Origin: the human T2T-CHM13v2.0 reference genome, Homo sapiens
Assembly (NCBI RefSeq): GCF_009914755.1
Contig: NC_060927.1
Direction: 5' to 3' (one strand)
DNA length: 64,000 nt
Shown here one piece after another: positions 1 to 17,029 of this stretch. Under the pieces are notes generated by a model that saw only the letters and a list, made by a program, of their open reading frames with translations, had not been told where the DNA came from and did not search any database. A program made the translations under genes and the position numbers. The stretch's first letter is position 1, and each line of letters opens with the position of its first letter.

Positions 1-326
1 ATACTATCTTATAATCCGTTATTTTAAACTGATAGCAACTTAACACTATTCGTATAAACAAACCAACAAGCAAAAAGAAAACTAATAAAGACCCTATACC
101 TTAACTTCATGCTCCTTAACTTTTTAACTTTCTGTTGTTTCTATTTATATCTTATTGTACTGTCTATGTCTTGAAAAGTTATTGTAGTTATTTTTGATTA
201 GTTCATCATTTAATCTTTCTACTTCAGATAACAATAGCTTACACAGCACAGTTACAGGGTTATATTCTGTGGTTTTTTTGTGTACTTACTATTACCACTG
301 AGTTTTGTACCGTTAGATGATTTCTT

Positions 327-631
327 TTTCTTTTTCTTTTTTTTTTTTTTTTGAGATGGAGTCTCACTCTGTCGCCAAGCTGGAGTGCAATAGCACCATC
401 TCAGCTCACTGAAACCTCTACCTCCTGGGTTCAAGAGATTCTCCTGCCTCAGCTTCCTGAGTAGCTGGGACTACAGGTGCACACCACCACGCCCAGCTAA
501 TTTTTGTATTTTTAGTAGAGATGGGGTTTCACCATGTTGGGCAGGACGGTCTCCATCTTTTGCCCTCACGATCCTCCCACGTCAGTCTCCCAAAGTGCTG
601 GGATTACAGGCATGAGCGACTGCTCCTAGCC
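327..631 (-). mobile_element. Alu (AluSc-like)
   Basis: Poly-T tail and Alu dimer; TSD agatgatttctt at 315-326 and 632-643; Sc-type short tcgcc-aggctgg motif. Confidence 0.93.
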
Positions 632-2479
632 AGATGATTTCTTATTGCTAATTAACATTCCTTTCTTTCAGATTGAAGAACTCCCTCTAGCACTTCTTGT
701 AGGAAGGTCTGGTATTGATGAAATCCTTCAGCTTTTGTTTGTCTGGTAAGGTCTTTATTTCTCCATGTTTGAAGGATATTTTTGCAAGATATAGTTATTT
801 TCCTTCAGAACTTTAAATATGCTATTCTCTCCTGGCCTGTAAGATTTCCCTGAAAATTTTGCTGCCAGACATATTGAAGCTCTATTTTATGTTATTTGTT
901 TCTTTTCTCTTACTGCCCTTAGGATTCTTTCTTTATCCTTGACCTTTGGGAGTTTGATTATTAAATGCCTCAAGTTAGTATTCTTTGGGTGAAATCAGCT
1001 TGGTGTTCTATAGCCTTCTTGTATTTGGACATTGATATGTTTCGCTAGGTTTAGGAAGTTCTCTGTTATTATCCCTTTGAATAAACTTTCTACCTTGTTT
1101 CTCTCTCAACTTCCTCTTTAAGTCCAATAACTCTTAGATTTGCCTTGTTGAGACTGTTTTCTAGATCTTGAAGGTGTGCTTCATTCATTTTCATTCTTTT
1201 TTCTTTTGCCTCCTCTGACTGCATTTCTAAATATCCTGTCTTCAAGCTCACTAATTCCTTCTTCTGCTTGATTGATTCTGCTATTAAAACACTGACACAT
1301 TCTTCAGTTTGTCAATTCCATTTTTCAACTTTAGAATTTCTGCTTGATTTTTTTAACAATGTTAATGTCTTTGTTAAATTTATCTGATAGAATTCTGAAT
1401 TCCTTCTCTGTGTTATCTTGAATATCTTTGAGTTTTCTCAACACAGCTATTTTGAATTCTCCATCTGAATGGTCACATATCTCTGTTTCTCCAGGATGTG
1501 TTATTGTGCCTTATTTAGTTCATTTAGTGAGGTCATGTTTTCCTGGATGGTGTTGGTGTTAGTAGCTGTTCTTTGGTGTCTGGGCATTGAAGAGTTAGGT
1601 GTTTATTGTAGTCTTCACTGTCTTGGCTTATTGGTAGCTATCTGATATGGTTGGCTCTGTGTTCCCACCCAAATCTCATCTCAAATTGTAATCCCCATGT
1701 GCTGAGGGAAGGACCTAGTTGTAGGTGACTGGATCATGGGGGAGGTTCCCCCATGCTGTTCTCATGATAGTGAGGGAATTGTCACAAGATCTGATGGTTT
1801 AAAAGTGTGCGGTGGTTCCCCTCTCTCGTTCTGCCTCTCCTGCTACCATGTAAGATGTGCCTTGCTTCCCCTTCACCTTCTTCCATGATTTTAGTTTCCT
1901 GAAGTCTCCCCAGCCATGAGCAACTATGAGCCAATGAAACCTCTTTCCTTTATAAGTTACCCAGTCTCAGGTACTTCCTTATAGCCATGTGAGAACAAAC
2001 TAATACAGAAAATTGGCACTGGGAAAGTGGAGTGCTGCTATAAAGATACCTGGAAATGTGGAAGCAACATTGGAACTGGGTAACGGGCAAAAGTTGGAAA
2101 AGTTTGAAGGGCTCATAAGAAGACAGGAGAATGTGGAAACATTTGGGACTTCTTAGAGACTTGTCAAATTGTTTTGACCAAAATGTTCATAGTGATATGG
2201 GCAATGAAGTTCATGCTGAGGTGGTCTCAGATGGAGATGAGGACCTTACTGGGAACCGGAGCAAAGGTCAAACTTCCTATTCTTTACCAAAGACACTGGT
2301 GGCATTTTGCCCCTGCCCTAGATACCTGTAGAAATTTGAACTTGAGAGAGATGATTTAGGGTATCTGGCAGAAGACATTTCAAAGCAGTAAAGCATTCAA
2401 GATGTGACCTGGCTTTTTCTGAAAGCATACAGTCATATTCATTCCAAAGAGATAGTCTGAAGTTGGAAATTATGTTTAA

Positions 2480-4863
<2,384 letters not shown>

Positions 4864-5924
4864 AGAAAAGAAAAACCCATTTTTTAGGGAAAAATTCAAG
4901 TTGGCTGCAGAAATTTACATAAGTAACAAGGAGCCAAATGTTAATAGCCAAGACAATGGGGAAAATGTCTCCAGGGCATTTTGGAGATCTTCGTCACAGG
5001 CCCAAAGGCCTAGGTGGGAAAAATGGTTTCATGGGCCTGGCCCAGGGTCCTGCTGCCTCTGTGCAGCCTCAGGGAATGGTACCCTGCATCCCAGCTGCTC
5101 CAGCTCCAGCCTTAGCTAAAAGGGGCCAAGGTACAGCTAGGGCTGTTACTTCAAAGGGTGCAAGCTCCAAGCATTGGCAGCTTCCACATGGTGTTGAGCC
5201 TGTGGGTGCACAGAAGACAAGAGTTGAGTTTTAGGAGCCTCTGCCTAGATTTCAGAGGATGTACAAAAATGCCTGGATGTCCAGGCAGAAGTGGGCTGCA
5301 GGGAGCCCTCATGTAAAGCCTCCACTAAGGCAGTTCAGAGGGGAAATGTGGGGTTAGAGCTCCCACAGATAGTCCCCCTGGGGCACTGACTAGTGGAGCT
5401 GTGAGAAGAGGGCCACCATTCTCTAGACTCCAGAAGGGTGGATCCACCAACAGCTTGCGTCGTGCACCTGAAAAAGCCACACACACTCAACACCAGCTTG
5501 TAAAAGCAGCCACAAGGATGGTACCCTGCAGAGCCACAGGAGCAAATCTCCCTACTCAAGGCCAGGGAGCCCACCCCTTGCTTTAGCATGCCCTGTATGT
5601 GAGACATGGAGTAAAAGGAAATTTTGGAACTTTAAGTTTCAGTGAGTGTCTTGCTGGGTTTTGGACTTGCATGAGGCTTGTAGCCCCTTTGTTGTGGCCA
5701 ATTTCTCCCTTTTGGAATGGTAACATTTACTCAATGCCTGTATCCCCACTGTATCTTGGAAATAACTAAATTGCTTTAGCATTTGCAGGCTCATAGGCAG
5801 AAGGGACTTGCCTTGTCTCAGATAAGACTTTGGAATTAGGCTTTTTGGGTTAATATTGGAATGAGTTAAGACTTTGGGGGACCATGATGGGGGCATGATT
5901 GTGTTTTGAAATGTGAGAAGGTTG

Positions 5925-6308
<384 letters not shown>

Positions 6309-7505
6309 TCATCTCAAATTGTAATCCCCATGTGTCGAGGTAGGGAGGTGATTCGATCATTGGGGCAGTTTCCTCATGCTGTTCTCATGATAGTAAGTGA
6401 GTTCTCATGAGATCTTATTGTTTAAAAGTGTATGGTGGTTCCCCCACCCCACTCTCTTTCTCCTGCTGCCATGAAAGATGTGCCTTGCTTCCCCTTCACC
6501 TTCCACCATGATTGTAAGCTTCCTGAGGGCTCCCCAGCCATGTGGAAACATGAATCAATTAAACTTCTTTTCTTTATAAATTATCCAGTCTCATAGTTCT
6601 TTGTAGCAGTGTGAAAATGGACTAATACATTTTTTGAGAGGCTTTCCAGATATTTGAAAGGAATTGAGTGTTGTGATATAGGTGTATCTTCATTAGGGGG
6701 CACCCCAAACCCAGTGATGCTGTAGTTCTTGCAGACTCATAAAGGTCCCAGTTTGGAATCTTGGATAAAATCCAGAAGTGTCCAGATTACTAGACAGGCT
6801 CTTATTCTCTCACCTTACTTTCTACCAAACAAATAGAGTCTCTCTGTCTCTATTCTGAACCACTTGGGGCTGATGGTGGAGTGACACAGGCACTTATGTG
6901 GCCATCACCACTGAGACTGTGCTGGGTCAGATATGAAGCCAGCACAGCACTGGGTCTTGCCAAAAGCCTGCTGTAACCATTACCTGGCTACCACCTATGT
7001 TTTCCCACGGCTCTGGGGCTCTATGGTCAGCATGTGGTTAAGCAGACAACCTTGTGTCCTTCCCTTCAGGGCAGTTAGTTCCCTCAGGTCCCAGGCAGGT
7101 CCAGAGATGCTGTCCAGGAACCAGGGCTATAGTCAAAAACCTTAGAAATCTACTCGGTGTTCTATTTTACTATGACTGAACTGGCACTCAAACCACAAAA
7201 TTCAGTTCTTCCCACTCTTCCCTCCCATTTTCACAGGCAGAGGAGCCTCACCTCATGACCACCACCACCACTGTCCCATGGGGAGAACTGCTACACTACT
7301 GCCATTGTTCACTTAAGGATTAAGGCTCTTCAGTCAGCTTGTGGTGAAGTCGGCCAAGCCTGAGACTCACCCTTCAGGGCAGTGGGCTCTCCTATGGCTC
7401 AGGGCATGTCAAGAAATGCTGTCCAAGGGCCAACACCTAGAATCATGGACCCGCTTGGTGCTCTATCTCACTATGGTTGATCTGGTACCTAAGGTGCTAG
7501 ACAAA

Positions 7506-7835
7506 AATCACCTTTACTTAACTTCTGCTTTTCTCAAATAGAAGTGTCTCACTGTAGCCACCAGAGATAGTAATATTCCATGTCTCACCTGAAGTCAACA
7601 CATCTCAGTCTCACCCAAGTTCCATGGTGTACTATCTGGCTATCTCTGCTGTTTATTTAGAGCTCAAGGAAGTCACCTTTACTTTACTTCTGCTTTTCTC
7701 AAATAGAAGTGTCTCACTGTAGCCACCACAGATAGTAATATTCCATGTCTCACCTGAAGTCAACACATCTCGGTCTCACCCAAGTTCCATGGTGTACTAT
7801 CTGGCTATCCCTGCTGGTTATTTAGAGCTCAAGGA
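7506..7835. repeat. 165-bp direct tandem duplication (2 copies)
   Basis: 7506-7670 versus 7671-7835; 6 mismatches by manual comparison. Confidence 0.92.
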
Positions 7836-9945
7836 CTCTTTAGTCAACAAGTGATGGGTCCTTCCAGGACTCGGTCCTTTCCTTAAGGTAGCGGGTTCCC
7901 TTCTGGCCCAGGATATGTCTAGAAATGTTATCTGGGAGCTAGGGCCTGGAAGGGGGGCACCTCACAATTCTGACCAGGGACCTATCTTATTGTGGCTGTG
8001 CTGGTATCCAAGATGCAAGACAAAAGTCCTCTTTACTCATTACTTTCCTCTCCTCAAGCGGAAGGAAGGGGTCTCTTTCGAAGTTGTGAATTGTGCTGCC
8101 TGGGGTTGGGGGAGTCGTGGTACAAGCACTCCTTTAGCTGCCCTGGCTGGTGTCTCAGTAAGTCATGTCCCCCCACACTTCCCCCAAGTCTACTGGCTTT
8201 TAGCCCATCTCAGGCACTACGACTCACCTAGGAGTTGCAGTCCTTGTGGTCCATGCCACACAGACACTGTGGTGGGAAAAGGGAAGGGGTGGCATTGGTA
8301 ATTGGAGACTGTATTTCCTACCCTCTTTGGTGATCCTTTCAGTTAAAACCAGGTACTGTGAGTGCTCACCTGATTTTTTTGGTTCTTATGAAGGTGTTTT
8401 TGTGTATGTGTAGATAGTTGTTAAATTTGGTGTTCCTATTGGGGGAGACCATTGGTGGGGCTTTCTATCCCATGATCTTGCTCCATCCCTATTTTACATT
8501 TTCAATACTGATGCATCTTAAGAAAGCAAACTAACAATATCAGTACAGTATGATACCTGCTGTAATGAGAGACACACAAATGCAACAGGAGCACACAGAA
8601 AGAAACACCTACGTCTGCATAAGAGACTTCAAAAAGTCTAAAATGTGGAGGATAAATAGGCATCTGCCAATTAATAGAAGACAGGGAATTGAAGGCAGAA
8701 GGAAGAGCATGTTGCAAAGCCATGAAACTGCATGGTGAGAAAAGATAATAATTTGATATGATTGGAGCATTAAATGAATTTGAAGGAGAAAAGCGGGAAG
8801 TGAAGTGGGGCTAGTAGATGGGGGGAGCTTTGTATAAAATTTTAAGAATTTGAGAGTTCATATTTAAATAGAGGGCAGAGATGAAAGACTGAAGAATTTT
8901 TCTGCAAGCTACTTGCAAATTAGCAGAATGGAGGGCAGAGTAGAGTCAGATCAGTCTGAAAATAGAGAGATATATTAGAAAACCTTTGCAGTATTTTGAG
9001 GAAAAGAAGATAAGATTTTGAATTACAGCAGTAGCAACTGAGATGGAGAGGTGAAACTGATAAACATTTTGATGGTAAAATCAACAGAAATTGGCAGCTG
9101 ATTGTTGAAGTTCAAGAAAAAGTTTACATGCTAGGTAATACAGTAAAATAAGTAAGTTTGGTAGAATTTATGGTGGTTAATTTTGGTAGAATTTATGGGG
9201 TGTGGCTAAGGAGTTGAAGATGAATTTCTATGTAATTTATATTTGCATATATTTTAGCATACAACAAAAATTTATATTCACTCAAAGACTATCTTCAATA
9301 CACTTTATATGCACCCTCCTCTTCATAACCAACTATCTTGAAATCTATCATGTTAACTGGATCTTTAAGTTGGGCATTAGTAAGATTGAAGCTTTACCAA
9401 GGAACAAAAGTCAAGACTCTTAGAGATGAAGAAATTTGCCTAAGTGGATATAAGTAATAAATAGTGTTGTCAGGATTCAACCTGGACTCTACGGCTCTAG
9501 TGCCATATTTTTTTTTCCACCATATTTAAAATATCCCATCAATATCATAAAACAGAAATGAACTGATACATTTAATTAAAAGGTTCTTAATGTGCTTGAT
9601 GTTCTTCAGATTAACTTCAATTTCTAATTAACTGAGTCTCTTCAATATCAAAGCAATAATATTTAATTGCCTATGCCTGGACTTTATCTTATCAAAGCAA
9701 CATTTCATTTTCTGTTTTTTCTATTGAATTTGTGAGAACATTGGAAGCTGTCAAGGTGTGACATATTGAGAGCCCAATAAAGATTAAATCCCTGAGTACA
9801 TGATTTGAAAAAATTTAATGAAATACTTTGCCCACTTGTCTAGGACTACTGTTAAGTAACCATCAACCAACACCTTTTCCAAATATAGACTTCCAAAAAC
9901 ATAAGTAGCTAGCCAGTATATTTTAAAAACTGACACGATCTCTCA

Positions 9946-10179
<234 letters not shown>

Positions 10180-10646
10180 TCAGAATTAGAAAGAAAAAAA
10201 ATGTTTTTAATAGCATGAATAGCCCACAGCATTTTCTTTGTGAAATGAGTTTACCATATAACTCTAGCTTGATGAATGTCAACTGTAGGTTGACTAATGC
10301 ACCTGTTTTGCCATTGTCTAACTAGACCAGGCTAATAGAGCATGAGTTCTGTCAATAGAAATAGTTGAAATGGAGGGATTAGGGAAGAAAAAATTTGTCA
10401 AGGGGAAAAGGCTATGTATGAGGTGAAAGAAAACATATAGTCCCATTTAAAAACCAACCAACAGCCTAACCAGGAGGGGACAGAATCCTTCTTCCTAACC
10501 CTGATATTTCCCCTCTCCAGCCAGCTTAGCCTACAAATGTAGGCAGTGTTAAAGTTATCCCAGGAGTAAGAAAGAAAGAAAACAATGTTGAAAGTTCATA
10601 AATTAATTAAAAACTATAAAAAGACAAATTATCAAGTAATCAAGTA

Positions 10647-10965
10647 CAGTCATGCATTTCATAACATTTCAGCCAACAATATACAGCATATACGAATATG
10701 GTCCCATGAGACTATAATATGGTATTTTTACTGTACCTTTTATATGTTTAGATACATAAATACCATTGTGTTACAGTTGCCTATAGTATTTAGTAAGTCT
10801 CATGCTATAGAAGTTTGTAGCCTAGGAGCAATAGGCTACAGCATATAGCTTAGGTGTGTAGTAGGCTACACCATCTCTTTGTGTAAGTACACTCTATGAT
10901 GCTCACACAATGGAAAATCACCTAATGATGCCTTTCTATCCCCATCATTAAGCAATGCACGACTG
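10647..10965 (+). mobile_element. Tigger3a/MER7A-like non-autonomous DNA transposon
   Basis: Terminal inverted repeats cagtcatgca...tgcacgactg flanked by a TA target duplication. Confidence 0.85.
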
Positions 10966-12195
10966 TATGTGCAAGCAAAAAAGCAGCACAAATATACTTT
11001 TGACCTGCTTTATTATGGAATAAGATATTTTTGAACATCAATCAGTTATATTTAGGGAGCTCTTCCAGAGCAGGAAATGTTGTATCTATTCAAAACAACA
11101 CAATACTCTTTGTTGCTTCCTAGCTTAGGGCCAGTTGTGGAGCTGAACTTAATCATCCTTATTTTTTCCAGCACTATAGGAGGTACAAAGTAATTATTAT
11201 TATACAGAGATTGAAATGATTAACCAATCAATAAATTAAATAGTTTCTATTTGAGTCCTTGCCAAAATGAGTCACCAACTCCTCTATCCTTCTCTAATAA
11301 ATCTACAGTACTCCTTGAAGATTTGATGTTGGCATATTCACGAATTCATATTCAAGGTATCTGTTACTGTGATTGTCAGGTATTATTTTGGGAATTTTAT
11401 GGACACAGCTCCTTAGCTAATATTAATAATCTTCATATGAATGACAACTATTGAATGTGAGTTAATATGACCCATTCCGTAGACCATGTGTATGCTCTGT
11501 AACTACCCTATTAATTTTTCAATAATATATCTATACCTCATTTTTATAATGTTTGAACAAATATCATATATCAAATTATCAGCTTTCAGAATGTCTAAAT
11601 TTTTAATTTAAATAGTTAATGCCTGAGAAAGGTTATATTTCCTCAGTTAAAATAAACTTTTTTTACATCAAAAGAACTCTCCTCTAGTAAACAAACCTCG
11701 CATAATCTGAACATTTTCAAAAATCATTAGAGATTGTATTCTGAAAGGTAATTGAAAAACAGTCTACATTTTGCGGTTCTCTTGTGTATGGATGTGTGTG
11801 TGTGTGTGCATGCACTGGTAGTGGTAGCTGTAGTAGTAGCAACGAAAAAATGCATTTGTTTGGGTGGAGCATTTGGTGGTGTTAGGAAGATGGCAGAATG
11901 GCAGATGCTGCACAAACTGTCTTCCTTCTCTATATCATTTTACACCCTTCACCAATTGTAATTAAAAAAAAAACTCATTAAAGCATTGGGCACTTTCTCA
12001 TATTTTTACCTCAATGTAGTTCATACACACTGCACATCATAATGCATCATTATCAGACATTCTCAGGCAGTAAAATGTGAGCTTCTCGAGATGGTCTCTA
12101 TAGCAATACAGCAACAAGGTAGCAAAGGCTCCATGCATACAAATATACATCCCAGACTATTTATGAGGCCCTCATAGTTATCATGATTTATTTTA

Positions 12196-12441
<246 letters not shown>

Positions 12442-12609
12442 TTAATATGGAAAGTTAAAAATTAAACTCAAACTATGATGATACAAACTGATACTTAAAA
12501 AACACCTCACAAACCCCTTCTCCCACCTCCCACAAAAGAATTCCATTGAGAAGTTACAGGAAATTCTACATTCTGACTTTTCCCCCAATCTAGGGAAAGA
12601 TAAGCAGAG

Positions 12610-12840
12610 ATTTTGAAAGGTAATTAGGTCAGGAGAGTAGAACCTTCAAGAATGGTATGAATGCCCTTATAAAGGAGGTCCAAGGAAGCTTGTTTGCTGC
12701 TTCCACTATGTGAGGGCACAGGTGGAAGGCACCATCTAGGAAGCAGAAAGTAGGTCCCCACCAGACAGCAAATCTGATGGTGCCTTAATCTTTGACTCCC
12801 AGCCTCCAGAACTGTGAGAATAAATTTCTGCTTCACAAAA
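12610..12840 (+). mobile_element. MLT1A/MST-like MaLR LTR fragment
   Basis: Characteristic gactcccagcctccagaactgtgagaataaatttctg motif. Confidence 0.65.
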
Positions 12841-12910
12841 AGAGCATCCCTCATTAAGGAGTTAAAAACAGTATCTAGTTTTACTATTTTGGTATAATAA
12901 CTTAATTTGC

Positions 12911-12912
<2 letters not shown>

Positions 12913-12949
<37 letters not shown>

Positions 12950-12994
12950 ATATACATATGGCGTATATATACACACATATATTTGTAATATGTG

Positions 12995-13028
<34 letters not shown>

Positions 13029-13034
13029 TACACA
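12913..13034. repeat. (TG)17 ... (TA/CA)-rich spacer ... (CA)12 compound microsatellite
   Basis: Read directly; the two arms are mutually complementary. Confidence 0.95.
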
Positions 13035-13899
13035 GGTATTTATACATTTCCAAACAATTATTAAAGGCAAGAAAGTTCTGAGAAGCAGGAAAATAGCTCA
13101 ATGCATTCCTTTTCCTCTGATCTATTCAATTGGGCTGTTTCTAAAGGTAACTAGGATTTATTAATTCAAGAGCTCATATTGATATGTAAATAGCTTGATT
13201 TAGAAAATTCCATAGCTATCTCCCTAGGAAATAAATGGCATAACACAACCAATTTCTAACTAAATTAATGATGTTGAGACTATTCAGTGTGTCATTTACA
13301 GATATCGTCTCTCAAAACATGGCATTCAATCCTCAAAGATTTATTGGGCATCTACTATGTGTTCTGTGCTATGATAAAGATAATAAGAAAAAAAACAGAT
13401 GCAGTCTGGACTTCAATTATATGGCCCCAAACTTGGGAGAAAAAACGTGTAAATCAAACAATTAGAGACAATTTTAGTACATCATAAAGTGATAAATTGA
13501 ATGTTACAAAATGTATAATAGAATTTCAAAGAAAAAAGAAATCAGTGTGACTTTCAGGGTTTAAGAGACATTTGTTGAACGTTGACAAAAAGCATTTCAA
13601 TAGATGAGAGGCCATGACAAATCACCTGTGTGGGAAACAAAAGGTAAATTGAGAGCTGAGAAAGAGCTAATCTACTTCTATATCTCATAGGTAAAGAAAT
13701 AGGGATTCATCCACACAGTTTCAGTGATTTGCCAAAGTCAGCAAGTAATTGTCAAACTCAGGTCTGAAGTTCTGAGATTAACTCTTAAGTTTGGTGTCAT
13801 GACATGCAATATTATAAATCGAAGCTTGGGACACTAGTATTTGGTAGAGCCAGAGTACAAATTCAGAATACAGGGCCTGATCTCTTGACTATTGAAACT

Positions 13900-14040
13900 T
13901 GGCTTCTCAAGTTTTAACATTCACACAAATCGCTATGTGAAAATGCAGATTCTCATTCAATGTAAACCTGAGATTCTGCATTTCTCACATTCCTAGGTGT
14001 TGCTCCTGATGCTCTCTGAGAACCACACAAAGTAGCAAAG
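13900..14040. mobile_element. MER5-like hAT fragment
   Basis: aaaatgcagattct...ctgagattctgcatttct internal palindrome typical of MER5. Confidence 0.55.
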
Positions 14041-14666
14041 CACTAGAATGCAAGTATTGCCATTATTTTATACTCTAGAGAGTATGTTAATCCATAGTTC
14101 TTAAAATTTGGGAGGTCAAACACCCCTTTGGGAATCTGATGAGAACTATAGACCCTCTCCATCAGAAAGGTATGCATGCACACAAAATTGTGTATAAAAT
14201 ATCACGATTTTGAGAACCTTCTCACTATACTCATAAAGTCCAACCATAATAGATCTGAGGAACTTAAGTGATAAACCTCCAGCCACAGGTAATTTTGGAG
14301 TGAGAAATTATTCTTCACCTGCTTCCTCAAGTGGTTCTTAAAATTTCTATTGCTAATGATGTACATCCTTTGTGTTAGTCAATACTCATTTTAGGCTTCT
14401 GTTTTAAGCTTCTACTTCTTTAATGTAAATGAGTGTAACTGTCCCTTGATACTGGCATATTGCTAATAGCAGAACACAATTTCTAAGAGGAAAATAAGGA
14501 GAGAACAGGATACAAAGGAGATGTTCAGAAAGGGGACCAGAGTAGAGCTGGTTCACAGAGCTGGCTCACAGAATAATTCACTGGGAAGTGTGTCATGAAA
14601 CACAAAAGTGCTGCCAAAGGCCAAAATGGTCTGTTTCTCCACTCTGCCTAGAATTTACCTGGATTG

Positions 14667-15273
14667 TGTTATAAGGGCAGAGAGGGCAGTGAGTGACCCC
14701 TTTCCTCCTCATTATAAGGGTCATGGCCAATACCCCTATAACCAAAGACAGGTTAACAAGAGAAAAGCACAAAAAATTCATCTGATCATAGATTTACATG
14801 ACACAGGAAACTTCAGAATGAAGATCCAAAGATATACAAGACACTGTCCATTTTTACACTTGGGTTCTATGACGCAGGGACAGCCATGTAAAAATATGAT
14901 TGGAAAAAAGGAATATGAGCTAATGAAAATAGACTGAGTGGAAAACCCAGCAAGTCTTGTCTGCTCAGATTCTTCTTGACTTCTCTATACGGCATTCCTT
15001 TCTCCTGGGTATGGGGTAGGACCACTCTAGAATGAGGGATGTCATTCCATTCCTTTATGGTCAGGAGGTTACACTAATAGTAGGGGAATGTTAGAATAAT
15101 ATTTTTAGACTTTACGGCTACCTTTGGGGAAAAGGAGTTCTAGCTTCTATGACCTGGCTCAGGAAAGAATAAGCAGGAGAGACAGATGGGCAGGAGAAGG
15201 TCAGAGAGAAACTTTGCTCCTGAGGCTGCTTCCGAGGTTTTCATTTTGGGGTATCACTTTCTGAGCCCCAACA
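14667..15273 (-). mobile_element. ERV1-class solo LTR (MER31/MER39-like)
   Basis: Reverse complement begins tgttggggctcagaaagtgataccccaaaatg; about 600 bp with TG...CA ends. Confidence 0.65.
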
Positions 15274-15789
15274 GTACGTTTCTTGCTTATCCCCCATATG
15301 GAATTTCTCTTTGACCTATGACTACTTTAAATAGTTTTTAGGATTATTTATTGAATCCTTCCTATGTACAAGCACCACTCTGGGTGCTCTCACCCTATAA
15401 TAATCTTTAGTGGGTAAATTATTCCAAGTTTCCTAATGAGAAGATAGCAACCTGAAAGCCAACTTGCTCAAGGGCATGAAGCTAATTGGAGGTGGAGATG
15501 AGACTGAACCCAGTCCTGTGTGGCTGTCAACTCTCCTTTCCTGTGCTATTGCCTCCGTCTTTTTTACTAAGCCTCACTACAATGTGTATCACAGGTCCAG
15601 ATCTGGGGTTCTTCCTATTACCAACTACCTTTCTGTCCCCATACCCTCAATCCCAAACCAAGCCCCTAATTTATCTTGAGTCTTCCCTTTCCTGATCACT
15701 TCACTTTTCTATTGCCTCTGATCCCCACGGGAACAGTATTTCTATGTCTTCCTTGCTTTCTCTCATCCTTTTCTCTCTTTTCTTCTTAA

Positions 15790-15895
15790 TAAAAGGAAGG
15801 AAGAAAGGGTAAAAGGGAGGGAGGGAGGAAAAAAGGGACGGAGGGAGGAAAAAAGGAAAGAAGGGAGGACGGGAGGAAGTGAAAGAAAGGCAAGG
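15790..15895. repeat. GA-rich (GGAA/GGAG) low-complexity polypurine tract
   Basis: Read directly. Confidence 0.8.
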
Positions 15896-17029
15896 ATCTG
15901 GGAAGTAATTCGTTCCTATAAAGGAGAATCCTTTAAGTTTTATTAGAGAGCAATTAATTTCAGGAACATAAAGTCCCATGATTACCTGCTGCAATAGTAC
16001 TACTACTGTACTAGAAGTTCCAATAGTATAAAATCTGATGGCAATGATTCTCATTCAGGAAGCAGCCTCACTGAAAATATTCTCTTTGTTTACAAAAAAG
16101 GGTTATTATAACCTGACTCTCAGTAAGGCAATATTATAAGATGTAAACTATACAACATAATACTATAATTATATCTTCAAGTGCATGGAAATCCCATAAT
16201 ATAATTACAATACAATCAAAATAAAATATTCCTACCCAGAAAATTACTTCGTCATGTGTTTCCCCATTATACCCAACTATCATCTTTAGTTTCCAGGTTA
16301 TAAAGAAAGACATAGAAAGACGTGTATGCTGCTCTGGCATCCGAAGTATTGCTTTAAGATTTAAATCTGCAGGTTACAAAACGACATTTATGGGCCTGCA
16401 GTGCTACATATTGGAGGCTCAACAATTCACGCTTAATGTCTAAACCAAGATATAACTTGTTTCTGATTAAACTGTAGAATGCCAGAGTTCCTGAGAGTGC
16501 CTGGGTAAAAGGTGAGAGAAAAGCCATTTCCTTAAAATCAAATTATCTGATAAATAAAAATGTTTTTCTCATTTCTTGAATTGAGGTAAGGAAATGATAG
16601 GTTATGATGGAAAAGTTTTAAAACTATCAAGCTAAGGAATAGGATGAGCTGGTAAAATAAATGATTTCTTGTTAATATTCTCAGTAAGTTTTGGAATTGG
16701 TAGAGGAAAATACTTTTAAATTACTTTTATATAACATTATAGAGAAAAAAAACAACTTGATTATATTTATCCATTAAGATGCTAACTTTCAACTCTTTCA
16801 TTCTCTTGCCACACAGTCATAAAAAAAGACATTAAGGGACCCTGCCATCGATCTTTGTCCTCATGTGTGCTGTCAAAATGACCCTGTGTAACAGCAATTA
16901 GTTAATGTGGGAAAGTGATTTGAAAATGAAAAGTGATACCTAAAAACTAAGTAAGTAATGCTATTAAGTGCACTTAGAGTAAGATAAAATAAGGCACTCT
17001 ATAACATTTGCCAACTGATAGACATCGTG

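Noticed and set aside
12624-13164. ORFs with CVCV/THTH runs
   Set aside because: Translations of dinucleotide microsatellites.
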